Positions 27,353 through 35,246 of a stretch of DNA of 46,063 nucleotides are shown here, one piece after another. The stretch is from Candidatus Krumholzibacteriia bacterium (GTDB lineage Bacteria; Krumholzibacteriota; Krumholzibacteriia; WVZY01; JAKEHA01). Location: NCBI GenBank assembly GCA_025923935.1, contig JAICFA010000001.1, forward strand, positions 1 through 46,063, read 5' to 3'. The number at the start of each line of letters is the position of its first letter. The stretch's first letter is position 1. The notes under the pieces are model-generated. The model searched no databases and was not told where the DNA came from. It was given only the letters and a program-made list of their open reading frames with translations. The translations under genes were made by a program, and so were the position numbers.

Positions 27353-28639
27353 CTACGACCCCTTCCGGCGCTCCGCGTCCTGCTTGACCTTGACCGCTTG
27401 ACCGTCCTTCAAATCGGCGATGGTCTTGAACGGCCCTGACACCACCTGTTCGCCCTCTTTCAATCCCGAAAGCACCACGAAATGGCTCTGGCCGGCGATG
27501 CCGACGCGCACCGGCCGGAAATGAGCGACGCCGTCCGCCACCACGAACACGCCTTCGATTTCGCGAGGCTTTTCGTCGCTGGAGGCGGTGTCCGCGGAGG
27601 TGGTGTCGCTCGCCTGCGCCTCGTCGTTCTTGCCGCGACGCTTTTCGCGCGCGAGACGCGCGGGGTCGCGCACGGTGAGACACTGAATCGGAACGGCGAG
27701 TGCTTTCTTCTCTTTCGCGACACCGATGTCGACCGACGCCGACAGTCCCGGACGAATGTTGGGGATGGAATCGTTGATGGCAACCACGACTTTAAAATCG
27801 ACCGACTCCTGCCCCATGCCGACTTGCATGCGCAACGCACTATTGCCGACTTCGGTGACCACGCCGCGATAGGTGGTGTCGGGCTGCGCGTCGAGGCGGA
27901 CGGTGGCGTCTTGCCCGGTGCGCACGAGCACCACTTCAGTCTCGTCGACGCGCACCTCCGCCTCCATCTCGGAAAGATCGGCGATGGTCAACAGCACCGT
28001 GCCGGGGTTGTTGATGGTGCCCATGATGGCGCTCTCGCCCTCCTCGACGTTCAAGGTGGTAATCACCCCCGACATCTCCGCCACGATGCGCACCTGGCGC
28101 AAGTCGTGGCGCGCCCGCCGCAGGTTGGCCTGCGCTTGCGCGTGCATCTCCTCCGCCGACTGCACGCGCGCGCGCGCCATATCGAGCAACGCTTGCGCGT
28201 CCTTGAGCTCGGTGTCGGACATGAATCCTTTTTCGCCCAACTGGCGCGCGCGGTCGAAGTCGTATTCCGCCTTGCGCAGTCCCGCTTGCTCGAGCTGGAG
28301 GGTCGCTTCCGCGCCGCGCACGGCCGCCTGCAGCTGCTCGACCGTGGTTTCGTACGGCTCGGCGTCGATTTCGAGGAGGAAGTCGCCCTTCTTCACCCGC
28401 TGCCCTTCCGCCACCGCGAGCTTGGTCACACGGCCGATGGTGGTCGCACTGACGTCGACGCGGCGCTTGGGCTGGATCTCGCCCGACGCGGTGACCACCT
28501 TCGATACGTCGCGGCGGCCTACGTCCGCCACTTCCACGTCCACGCGCTTACCGCGTTTGCTCCCCAGATTGATGGCGAGCAATGCGGCCAGCACCAGCAC
28601 GCCGGCCGCCACCATGATGGTCTTTCGCTTCCTGGTCAC
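27353..28639 (-). CDS. Periplasmic adaptor (HlyD/MacA-type membrane fusion protein)
   Basis: N-terminal TM, lipoyl/barrel-sandwich halves flanking a coiled-coil hairpin (LQAAVRGAEATLQLEQAGLRKAEYDFDRARQL...). GTG start 5 nt after AAGGAG. Confidence 0.9.
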   Translation of the reverse strand: MTRKRKTIMVAAGVLVLAALLAINLGSKRGKRVDVEVADVGRRDVSKVVTASGEIQPKRRVDVSATTIGRVTKLAVAEGQRVKKGDFLLEIDAEPYETTVEQLQAAVRGAEATLQLEQAGLRKAEYDFDRARQLGEKGFMSDTELKDAQALLDMARARVQSAEEMHAQAQANLRRARHDLRQVRIVAEMSGVITTLNVEEGESAIMGTINNPGTVLLTIADLSEMEAEVRVDETEVVLVRTGQDATVRLDAQPDTTYRGVVTEVGNSALRMQVGMGQESVDFKVVVAINDSIPNIRPGLSASVDIGVAKEKKALAVPIQCLTVRDPARLAREKRRGKNDEAQASDTTSADTASSDEKPREIEGVFVVADGVAHFRPVRVGIAGQSHFVVLSGLKEGEQVVSGPFKTIADLKDGQAVKVKQDAERRKGS

Positions 28640-28651
28640 TCGTGCTCCTTA

Positions 28652-29344
28652 CTACGCCGGAATGGGGTCGCGACGCCGGTCCACTTCGATGCGGCCGTCG
28701 CGCAGCCGCACTTCGCGTCGCGCGTGCGCCGCGACGGCGTCGTCGTGCGTCACCACGATTAGCGTGTTGCCGCGAGCGTGCAGCTCCTCGAACAGCTTCA
28801 TGATCTCCGCGCCCGACTTCGAGTCCAAATTACCGGTGGGCTCGTCGGCGAGAATGATGGAGGGCCGGTTGACCAGTGCGCGCGCGATGGCGACGCGCTG
28901 GCGTTGCCCGCCCGAGAGCTCGTTGGGTTTGTGGTGGGCGCGATCCTGCAGCCCCACCGCCTCCAGCGCGGCGGCCGCGCGCTCGCGCCGCGTGCCGGCG
29001 TCCAACCCCGCGTAGATCAGCGGCAGCTCGACGTTTTGAAACGCCGACGCCCGCGGCAAGAGGTTGAAGGTTTGAAAGACGAAGCCGATTTCTTTGTTAC
29101 GAATGTGCGCCAGCGTGTCGTCCGACATGCTCGTCACATCTTCGCCGTTCAAGACGTAGCGGCCCTCGGTGGGCGAATCGAGGCAGCCGATGATGTTCAT
29201 GAACGTCGTCTTGCCCGAGCCGGAGGGGCCCATCAAGGCGAGGTACTCGTTGCGGTCGACGTCCAGGTCGACCCCGTCGAGCGCGTTCACCACATGGCTG
29301 CCCATTTGGTAGCGCTTGGCAATACCGCGCATTTCGATGAGCAT
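28652..29344 (-). CDS. ABC transporter ATP-binding protein (MacB-NBD/LolD-like, stand-alone)
   Basis: Walker [11 protein letters not shown]-loop, LSGGQRQR, Walker [14 protein letters not shown]-loop VTHD. Confidence 0.95.
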   Translation of the reverse strand: MLIEMRGIAKRYQMGSHVVNALDGVDLDVDRNEYLALMGPSGSGKTTFMNIIGCLDSPTEGRYVLNGEDVTSMSDDTLAHIRNKEIGFVFQTFNLLPRASAFQNVELPLIYAGLDAGTRRERAAAALEAVGLQDRAHHKPNELSGGQRQRVAIARALVNRPSIILADEPTGNLDSKSGAEIMKLFEELHARGNTLIVVTHDDAVAAHARREVRLRDGRIEVDRRRDPIPA

Positions 29345-29422
29345 AGAAGTGTATGGAGCATAGCACGCGGGCGGGTCGCCGCCTAGCAGCGCCCGCCCGC
29401 GCGAGAAGTGTGCAAGGATCGA

Positions 29423-30751
29423 TTAGCGCGCGGTGACTTTGCGTCCCGTAGCGCGCTGCAGATCGGCACGATTGACGAGATAGTCGACGCGTGCGTCGAT
29501 CAAGCTGGCCTGCGCGGACGTGAGCGACGAGCTCGCTTCGATGGTTTCGAGAATGGTACCGGCACCCACGCGATAGCGCTCTTCCGCCAGGCGCAGGTTT
29601 TCTTCCGCGGCTGCGACCGTTTCCTCCGCCAGCTCGAGGCGCTCGATGGCCTGCTCCAGGTTGAGCACGATCTGCTTGACGTCGAGCACGGCGTCGATCT
29701 TCGCCTGCTGCAAATTCCACTCGGCGATGCGCTGCTGCGCCTCGGTGGCCTGGATGTTGGCCTTGGTCTGGAAGCGGTCGAAGAGATTCCAGTTCAGGAA
29801 CGCACCCACCGACCATTGGTAGTTGTTCTTGAATACCTCACCGCTGCCGGGGAACTCGCGGTCGTTCCAACCGTAGCTGAAGGATCCGTCGATGGTCGGA
29901 TAACGCGCTTTTTTCACCGCCGACAGCTCGGCGCGCGCCGCGTCGATGCGGAACTGGCTGGCCAAGAGGTCGGACCGATTCTCGAACATGTACGCGACCT
30001 CTTGGTTGAAATCGACCTCGGCGGGTCCGAACTCGATCGACTCGTCGATCTCGAGCTCGGTCTCCTGTGGAATGTTGAGGCGCGACTTGAGGCGCGCGTC
30101 GGCTAGTGCCTGCGCGTTGCGCACGTTCATGAGCAACAACTCGCTGTTCGAATAGTCGACACGAGCCTGCAGGTAATCCGCCTTGGTGCGCGAGCCGATG
30201 TTGTAGAAGGCTTCGATCTGTTCCAGGTTGCGGCGCTTGGCCTCCAGGTTGGCAACCTGCACTTCCTCCAGACGGTTTTGCCGCACCAGCTCGTAATACT
30301 CGCGAATGGTAATGGCGCTGACCAGATCCTGCGTGTACTTGAGGTCGTATGCGGCAGCGTCGGCGCTGCGCTTGGAGCGCGTGATGTTGTTGTAATTGGC
30401 ACCCCAGTTGAACAAGGAGAGCTGACTCGAGAGCGAGAACGAATACTGCTCGTAGTCGAAGCCGCTGGGCTGGATGGGACGCCCTTGAGCGTCGATGACC
30501 ACACCGGTGGTCGGCCCCGCCCATGCGTGCCCCGCCCACAAGTTGACCCCCAAGTCGGGCATGAGTCCGCCGTAGCTGCGCATGACATCGCCGCGCGCCA
30601 CTCGCAGGTTTTCCCGCGAAACGCCCACGTCGGTGGACGCTTGCAGAGCGAGGTTGACGCTTTGCTCGAGGTCGAGTACCTCGGCCTGAGCAGTGGGCAC
30701 GAGCGCGCACACGATTAGCAGGTGGGCAGCAATCGCCCGGCGAAGAGTCAT
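29423..30751 (-). CDS. TolC-family outer-membrane efflux channel
   Basis: Signal peptide MTLRRAIAAHLLIVCALVPTAQA, then two OEP repeats along the full length. ATG at 30749-30751 is preferred over the track start at 30814. Confidence 0.88.
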   Translation of the reverse strand: MTLRRAIAAHLLIVCALVPTAQAEVLDLEQSVNLALQASTDVGVSRENLRVARGDVMRSYGGLMPDLGVNLWAGHAWAGPTTGVVIDAQGRPIQPSGFDYEQYSFSLSSQLSLFNWGANYNNITRSKRSADAAAYDLKYTQDLVSAITIREYYELVRQNRLEEVQVANLEAKRRNLEQIEAFYNIGSRTKADYLQARVDYSNSELLLMNVRNAQALADARLKSRLNIPQETELEIDESIEFGPAEVDFNQEVAYMFENRSDLLASQFRIDAARAELSAVKKARYPTIDGSFSYGWNDREFPGSGEVFKNNYQWSVGAFLNWNLFDRFQTKANIQATEAQQRIAEWNLQQAKIDAVLDVKQIVLNLEQAIERLELAEETVAAAEENLRLAEERYRVGAGTILETIEASSSLTSAQASLIDARVDYLVNRADLQRATGRKVTAR

Positions 30752-30912
30752 CTGGTCACCTTCCATTGGCAAGTAAAGAGATGCGGCCACCGCCGCCGTT
30801 GTTTTCGCGAGCAAAGACGAACGTAGTACGGCGGGGGGCGTTCGAATGTTCCGGCCATTATAGCCGCGACCGCCCGCCGGCAGGGGTAAAAAAAGGCGGG
30901 ATGGGAACGTCC

Positions 30913-31350
30913 CTAGGGGGCGCGCGGCGGGGCCGGGGCCCGTTCCTGCTCGCTCGTGAACGACAAGCGCGCGGCGTTGGCCTGCTTGAGCTCCTCGATG
31001 ACGTCCGCGACCACGCCGTAGGGGGCGTGCGTATCGGCGTTGAGCGCGACCACGGCGTCGGGCCGCTCCATCATCGTCGCTTTGATGAGATTCTCGACCT
31101 CGGACAACGCCACCAAGCGGTCATTGATCGAAATTCGTCCACCTTGGTCGATCCAGATGTCGGCGACGTGCTCGCGGCTCGGCTTTTCTGTCGACTGGGC
31201 GCGCGGTAGAACGATCTGAAGCCCCTGGTCGAGCCGGAAGATGGTGGTCGCCATGAAAAAGATGAGCAGCAGGAACGCCACGTCGCCCATCGACACCGTC
31301 GGGATGGTGTTGGCCACACGATTCTTTCGTTCGAAGCGAGACGCGCGCAC
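30913..31350 (-). CDS. exbD: ExbD/TolR-family biopolymer transport protein (second copy)
   Basis: MGDVAFLLLIFFMATTIF TM motif plus a periplasmic ExbD fold. GTG start. Confidence 0.9.
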   Translation of the reverse strand: MRASRFERKNRVANTIPTVSMGDVAFLLLIFFMATTIFRLDQGLQIVLPRAQSTEKPSREHVADIWIDQGGRISINDRLVALSEVENLIKATMMERPDAVVALNADTHAPYGVVADVIEELKQANAARLSFTSEQERAPAPPRAP

Positions 31351-31353
31351 GAA

Positions 31354-31764
31354 TCACTCCACCGTCTTGAGGGAGATGCGGCGACAGTTGGCCAGCTTGA
31401 TCTCGTCCAGCAAATCGACCATCAATCCGTATTCCGCGCTGCGGTGCGTGGTCAATAGCACCACCAACTCGGGATTGCTGCGCAAGCGCTGCTCGATGAT
31501 GCGGCGCACACCCGACACCGCCACGGGTTGGCCCTGGACTTCGACACGGCCGCCCGCCAGCGCCTGGATCTCGAGCACAGCAGACGCGTCCACGCGCGTC
31601 GCGGTGGTGGCTTTTCCGGGCAAGACGAGCGGAATTCCCTCCTCCACCGCGAAGGTGGTCGTCACCACGAAAAACACGAGCAAGAGGAACGCGAGGTCGG
31701 ACATCGACGCGGCCTGAAATTCGCACGCACCAAATTGGAATCTGCCGCGGCGGCGCTGAATCAT
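31354..31764 (-). CDS. exbD: ExbD/TolR-family biopolymer transport protein (first copy)
   Basis: MSDLAFLLLVFFVVTTTF TM motif. Lies 2 nt after the exbB stop. Confidence 0.9.
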   Translation of the reverse strand: MIQRRRGRFQFGACEFQAASMSDLAFLLLVFFVVTTTFAVEEGIPLVLPGKATTATRVDASAVLEIQALAGGRVEVQGQPVAVSGVRRIIEQRLRSNPELVVLLTTHRSAEYGLMVDLLDEIKLANCRRISLKTVE

Positions 31765-31766
31765 GG

Positions 31767-32633
31767 CTAGCTGCGCGACAGCGGAGGTCGTCCGTTCGGG
31801 CGGGACGGGCGATCGAGATCGATGAGCTCATCGACCAAGTCCGCGCTCGCTTCTTCCATCTCGAGCACGAAGCGATCGATCTGCAAAACGAAGTACGAAT
31901 AGAACGCGGACACCGGAACGGCGATCATGAGTCCCGCGGCGGTGGTGATGAGCGCTTCTTCGATCCCCTTCGCCACCAGCTTGGCCGACACTTGCTCGGC
32001 CGCGGCGATGGCGGCGAACGCGGCGATCATACCGGTCACGGTGCCCAAGAATCCGAGCAGCGGGGCCACGTTCGACACCGACGCGAGTGCCAACAGGCCG
32101 CGCTCGAGGTGCGCCATCTCGATAGCACCGGCCGAGTTGATCGCCTTCTCCACCGCTTCTGGGCCGCGCTCGGCGCGCAACAGCCCGGCGTGCATGATGG
32201 CGGCGATGGGACCGCGCGAACGCTGGCACATTTGCAGCGCCGCGTCCGGGCCTTCGGTGCGCAGCGCCTCCGTCACTTCCAGCATGAGCTTGCGCGTGTT
32301 GGTGCGCGCGCGCGAAAGCGTCCACAACCGCTCGACGATGAGCACCAGGCCGATGATGGCGCACAGCAGAAGCGGGTGCATGCAGACGCCGCCCTTGATG
32401 TAGAGCTGGCCCAGCGCACTGTTGCGGATGCGGCCGAAAAACGAGCGGTCGCGGGAGGAAACGGCGGTGTCGGTAGTGGACGGCGTGATAGTGGCCGCGA
32501 CGGAGTCGGAATCCGCCTTCGCGACCACCGGTGCGGTGCGCGGGATGCCGCCTTGCGCCGACGCCACGACCGGCATCAGCAAGAGCGTCAACAGCGCGAG
32601 AACCGGCCAGGTGTTGTTCGGAGTCACTCGCAT
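31767..32633 (-). CDS. exbB: MotA/TolQ/ExbB proton-channel protein with signal peptide and extended periplasmic N-terminus
   Basis: MRVTPNNTWPVLALLTLLLMPVVASAQ, then a ~55-aa Ser/Thr/Ala/Asp-rich stretch, then the ExbB core (...VAPLLGFLGTVTGMIAAF...EALITTAAGLMIAVP...). ATG at 32631-32633; the 478-aa track ORF overlaps the upstream gene. Confidence 0.9.
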   Translation of the reverse strand: MRVTPNNTWPVLALLTLLLMPVVASAQGGIPRTAPVVAKADSDSVAATITPSTTDTAVSSRDRSFFGRIRNSALGQLYIKGGVCMHPLLLCAIIGLVLIVERLWTLSRARTNTRKLMLEVTEALRTEGPDAALQMCQRSRGPIAAIMHAGLLRAERGPEAVEKAINSAGAIEMAHLERGLLALASVSNVAPLLGFLGTVTGMIAAFAAIAAAEQVSAKLVAKGIEEALITTAAGLMIAVPVSAFYSYFVLQIDRFVLEMEEASADLVDELIDLDRPSRPNGRPPLSRS

Positions 32634-32651
32634 ACGCAGTCGACGTGCGCG

Positions 32652-32680
32652 ACCATAGCGGCGCAGCCCTCCCCTGTCAA
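32652..32680 (-). promoter_or_regulatory. Candidate internal sigma70-type promoter directly upstream of exbB
   Basis: Minus strand: TTGACA (32675-32680), 17-nt spacer, TATGGT (32652-32657). The -10 ends 18 nt before the exbB ATG. Confidence 0.35.
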
Positions 32681-32698
32681 CCGCGGCCCGAGCGGGTA

Positions 32699-34261
32699 TT
32701 ACTTTTCGGATACGGTGGAGCTGCGCTCCAGCGTGTAGACGCCGTGGCCGTCGCGGTCGATGAACAGGAAGCGCATACCGATGTCGGTTTCCTGAACCTT
32801 GTCGCGCGCCAGCATGGGCTCGCCGCCGGCTTGGTAAACCCACAGCTCGTAGGGCACGCCCGTGTTGTCTTCCGGCCGGGTGCGCGCGTTGGGCGAACCC
32901 CCGGTGATCGAGTTGCGAATGACGGGCAGCGTGTACGCCTTGGTGGGCCCGGAACTGTAGTTCATGGGATGGTACGGGTCCTCGACGATCGTTTCCGCCT
33001 CTTGCAGGGTTTCGTAGTTGAGGGGAATCACGTCCTGAATGACCTCGTCGGGTGGGCCGTAGCGAAGGTAAATCTCGCCTTGCGGCGATAAGATCGCGGG
33101 ACCGCGCTCGCTGTAGTGCGCATTGATGTACGCCATGCGCTCCACGAAGGTGTCGTACGCCTCGTTGCCGCCGCTGTCGGGTGTGGGGTCGAAGCCCTTC
33201 CACAGCGCATCCAGAACTTGCTCCTGCTCGCCGGGACTCTTCGACTGGAAGGCTGTGAATTCGTCGTCGCCCAAAAGAAAGCGCGCTTCCGCCAAGTACT
33301 CACGCCGCGGAATCTCCCACGTGCGCATGTCCCACGCGACCGAAAAGTCGCCGCTCTTCACGCGCGCGATCGATTCGCCGCCCAATCCGAACGATAAGTA
33401 GAGCGAGTAGACCCCGGCCTGCACCGCGGCGAGGTCTTCGCGCAAGAACACCGGGTAGGCGCGCAAGCCCGTCCCGCTTTGCACCGACGGGTTGGGCAGC
33501 GTGCGCTTGGTTTCGCGCACGAGCTCGCCCTTGGCGTTTATAATTTCCGTGCGAAAGTCGAAGGTCGGTGCTTGGGCCAGCGAGTCGGGCAGATAAAGCT
33601 CGACGTACACCTCCAGCGTGTCCTTGTAGAGCCCGAACATGCGCGCCGGGTTGGGCTGGTACTTGCGAATTCCCTGCTCGCGCTCGTTGACCCCCCACAC
33701 GAAAAGCGGTGTCGAGAACGACGGTTCGTTGTCCGGAATCTCGGGGATGGCGAAGCGGGTGCGCCGCACGACCGACGTCTTGTTCTTGTTCTTGATCAGT
33801 CCCAGGACGCTGATCTTGGGCGCGTCGAGGTTCTCGAGTGCGACCGTGAGCCAGTATCCGCCCGGGGCCAGGTTGAACTGCTTGATAACGGTCTGGTACG
33901 CGAGCGAGCTTTCGACGCGCGCGGCGTTCGTCTCGACGAACGTCATCGTCTCCTTGAGCTTCGCCACTTCCTTGCCGGCGTCGTCGGTGAGTAGGTAGCT
34001 GAAGACCACGCGCGTCTTCCACTCCGCCTTGCCCGACTCCTTGAAACGCAGCGAGTGGTTGCCAATGCGCACGAAGACGTCCGACACCACTTTATCGTCG
34101 CGACCGCGAAAGACGGCGGTGTCGAGGTAGAAGTCGAAGTCGCCGTGGCCCACTTGCTGGGCCGCGGCCGGCAGTGCCGCGCACAGCAGCGCGGCGGCCA
34201 AGAGAAAATGGGCGCCCCGAAGGGCGCCCACGTTCGCGGAAGTCTTCCGCTGTCGAATCAT
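32699..34261 (-). CDS. Secreted GWxTD-like protein with a degenerate motif and an inserted C-terminal segment
   Basis: Signal peptide MIRQRKTSANVGALRGAHFLLAAALLCAALPAAAQ. C-terminus ...ERGPAILSPQGEIYLRYGPPDEV...(63 aa)...YELWVYQ...RFLFIDRDGHGVYTL aligns with the GWxTD protein at 23496-24776, but the GW.TD residues are replaced. ATG at 34259-34261. Confidence 0.75.
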   Translation of the reverse strand: MIRQRKTSANVGALRGAHFLLAAALLCAALPAAAQQVGHGDFDFYLDTAVFRGRDDKVVSDVFVRIGNHSLRFKESGKAEWKTRVVFSYLLTDDAGKEVAKLKETMTFVETNAARVESSLAYQTVIKQFNLAPGGYWLTVALENLDAPKISVLGLIKNKNKTSVVRRTRFAIPEIPDNEPSFSTPLFVWGVNEREQGIRKYQPNPARMFGLYKDTLEVYVELYLPDSLAQAPTFDFRTEIINAKGELVRETKRTLPNPSVQSGTGLRAYPVFLREDLAAVQAGVYSLYLSFGLGGESIARVKSGDFSVAWDMRTWEIPRREYLAEARFLLGDDEFTAFQSKSPGEQEQVLDALWKGFDPTPDSGGNEAYDTFVERMAYINAHYSERGPAILSPQGEIYLRYGPPDEVIQDVIPLNYETLQEAETIVEDPYHPMNYSSGPTKAYTLPVIRNSITGGSPNARTRPEDNTGVPYELWVYQAGGEPMLARDKVQETDIGMRFLFIDRDGHGVYTLERSSTVSEK

Positions 34262-34262
34262 C

Positions 34263-35210
34263 CTAGTAGCTGAACCCGAGCGAGATGCGGTGGACATTGC
34301 CCAAGAAGTCGAAATCGTTCCACGCATAGTCGAACGTCAGATCCGACGTCTGGCTGGTGTCGATGCGCAACCCCATGCCGGCCGACAACCCCTCGGCGTC
34401 GGTGTTGAAGTTATAGCCGCCGCGCAGGAAGAAGAACTGGTTGAAGCCGTACTCCGCGCCCAGGTTGATGCGTTCCTGGTTGTCCGACGGGTGGGTGAAC
34501 TCGAACACGCCCTGAAGGCTGTTGACGCCCTGCGAGTACGGGGTCGCCGCCATCGCCACCTTGAACATCGTCGGCATCTTGGAGGAACGGTCGTCGTAGT
34601 CGACTTCGCTGCCGAGGCTCTGGATCATCATGCCCAGCCGCATGCCCCACAGACCGATGCGGTAGATCAATCCGAAGTCGAAGGCGAAGGTGTTCACACT
34701 CTTCTCCGCCAAACCGGAGTGGATGAAGTGCACGGTCGCACCCGAGGAGAACTTGTCGGTGAAGAACTTGGCGTACGACAAACCGAACGACATATCGCCC
34801 GCGTCGAACTCTTCGCCGGTTCCTTCGGGAAGGTAGATGGTGCGCACCACCTGCGGGTCCATGGTGAGCGCGCGCGCGCTGACTCCCCACGTGCCCGGCA
34901 CGAACGGCAGTGTGAACGCACCCGCCGCGTAGTTGAGCTTGATATCGGCGGGCCACCACGTGTACGACAGCGAAATGTCGGTGCGCGTGATATCGACCAT
35001 GCCGGCTGGGTTCCAGTACGTCGCGGTGGCGTCGTTGGAAATGGCGGTGAAGGCACCTCCCATGCCGGAGCCGCGCGCCGACACGCCGATCTTCAGGAAC
35101 TGGAGGGAATATGTACCCACCTTCGCGAAGGGCTCGGTGGCAAACGACTGCGACGGCAGCGCCGCCACGACGAGTGCTGCCGCAATACCCTGCATGAACC
35201 TTGATCTCAC
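34263..35210 (-). CDS. PorV/PorQ-family outer-membrane beta-barrel protein
   Basis: FLKIGVSARGSGMGGAFTAISNDATATYWNPAGM is the hallmark PorV/PorQ N-terminal motif. C-terminal ...HRISLGFSY. GTG at 35208-35210 (9 nt after GGAGG) gives the signal peptide (M)RSRFMQGIAAALVVAALPSQSFA. The track start (TTG, 35219) abuts the SD. Confidence 0.85.
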   Translation of the reverse strand: MRSRFMQGIAAALVVAALPSQSFATEPFAKVGTYSLQFLKIGVSARGSGMGGAFTAISNDATATYWNPAGMVDITRTDISLSYTWWPADIKLNYAAGAFTLPFVPGTWGVSARALTMDPQVVRTIYLPEGTGEEFDAGDMSFGLSYAKFFTDKFSSGATVHFIHSGLAEKSVNTFAFDFGLIYRIGLWGMRLGMMIQSLGSEVDYDDRSSKMPTMFKVAMAATPYSQGVNSLQGVFEFTHPSDNQERINLGAEYGFNQFFFLRGGYNFNTDAEGLSAGMGLRIDTSQTSDLTFDYAWNDFDFLGNVHRISLGFSY

Positions 35211-35246
35211 TGTTTCCAACCTCCTGAAGGATTCCGGCGTACCGGT

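Noticed and set aside
30857-30912. Perfect TATAAT (minus strand, 30857-30862) and a T7 run (30884-30890) between exbD and TolC, considered as a possible promoter and terminator.
   Set aside because: No acceptable -35 at 16-19 nt. The T-run is not preceded by a stable stem, only a 4-bp GGGA/TCCC. It is plausible as an operon boundary but not supportable as discrete features.
31767-33203. 478-aa ORF, and likewise the 676-aa ORF at 42844-44874: apparent long N-terminal extensions of exbB and gcvPB.
   Set aside because: Both extensions overlap the 3' ends of well-supported upstream genes and are Arg/His/Pro-rich. Internal ATGs (32633 and 44295) give proteins that start exactly where the families normally start.
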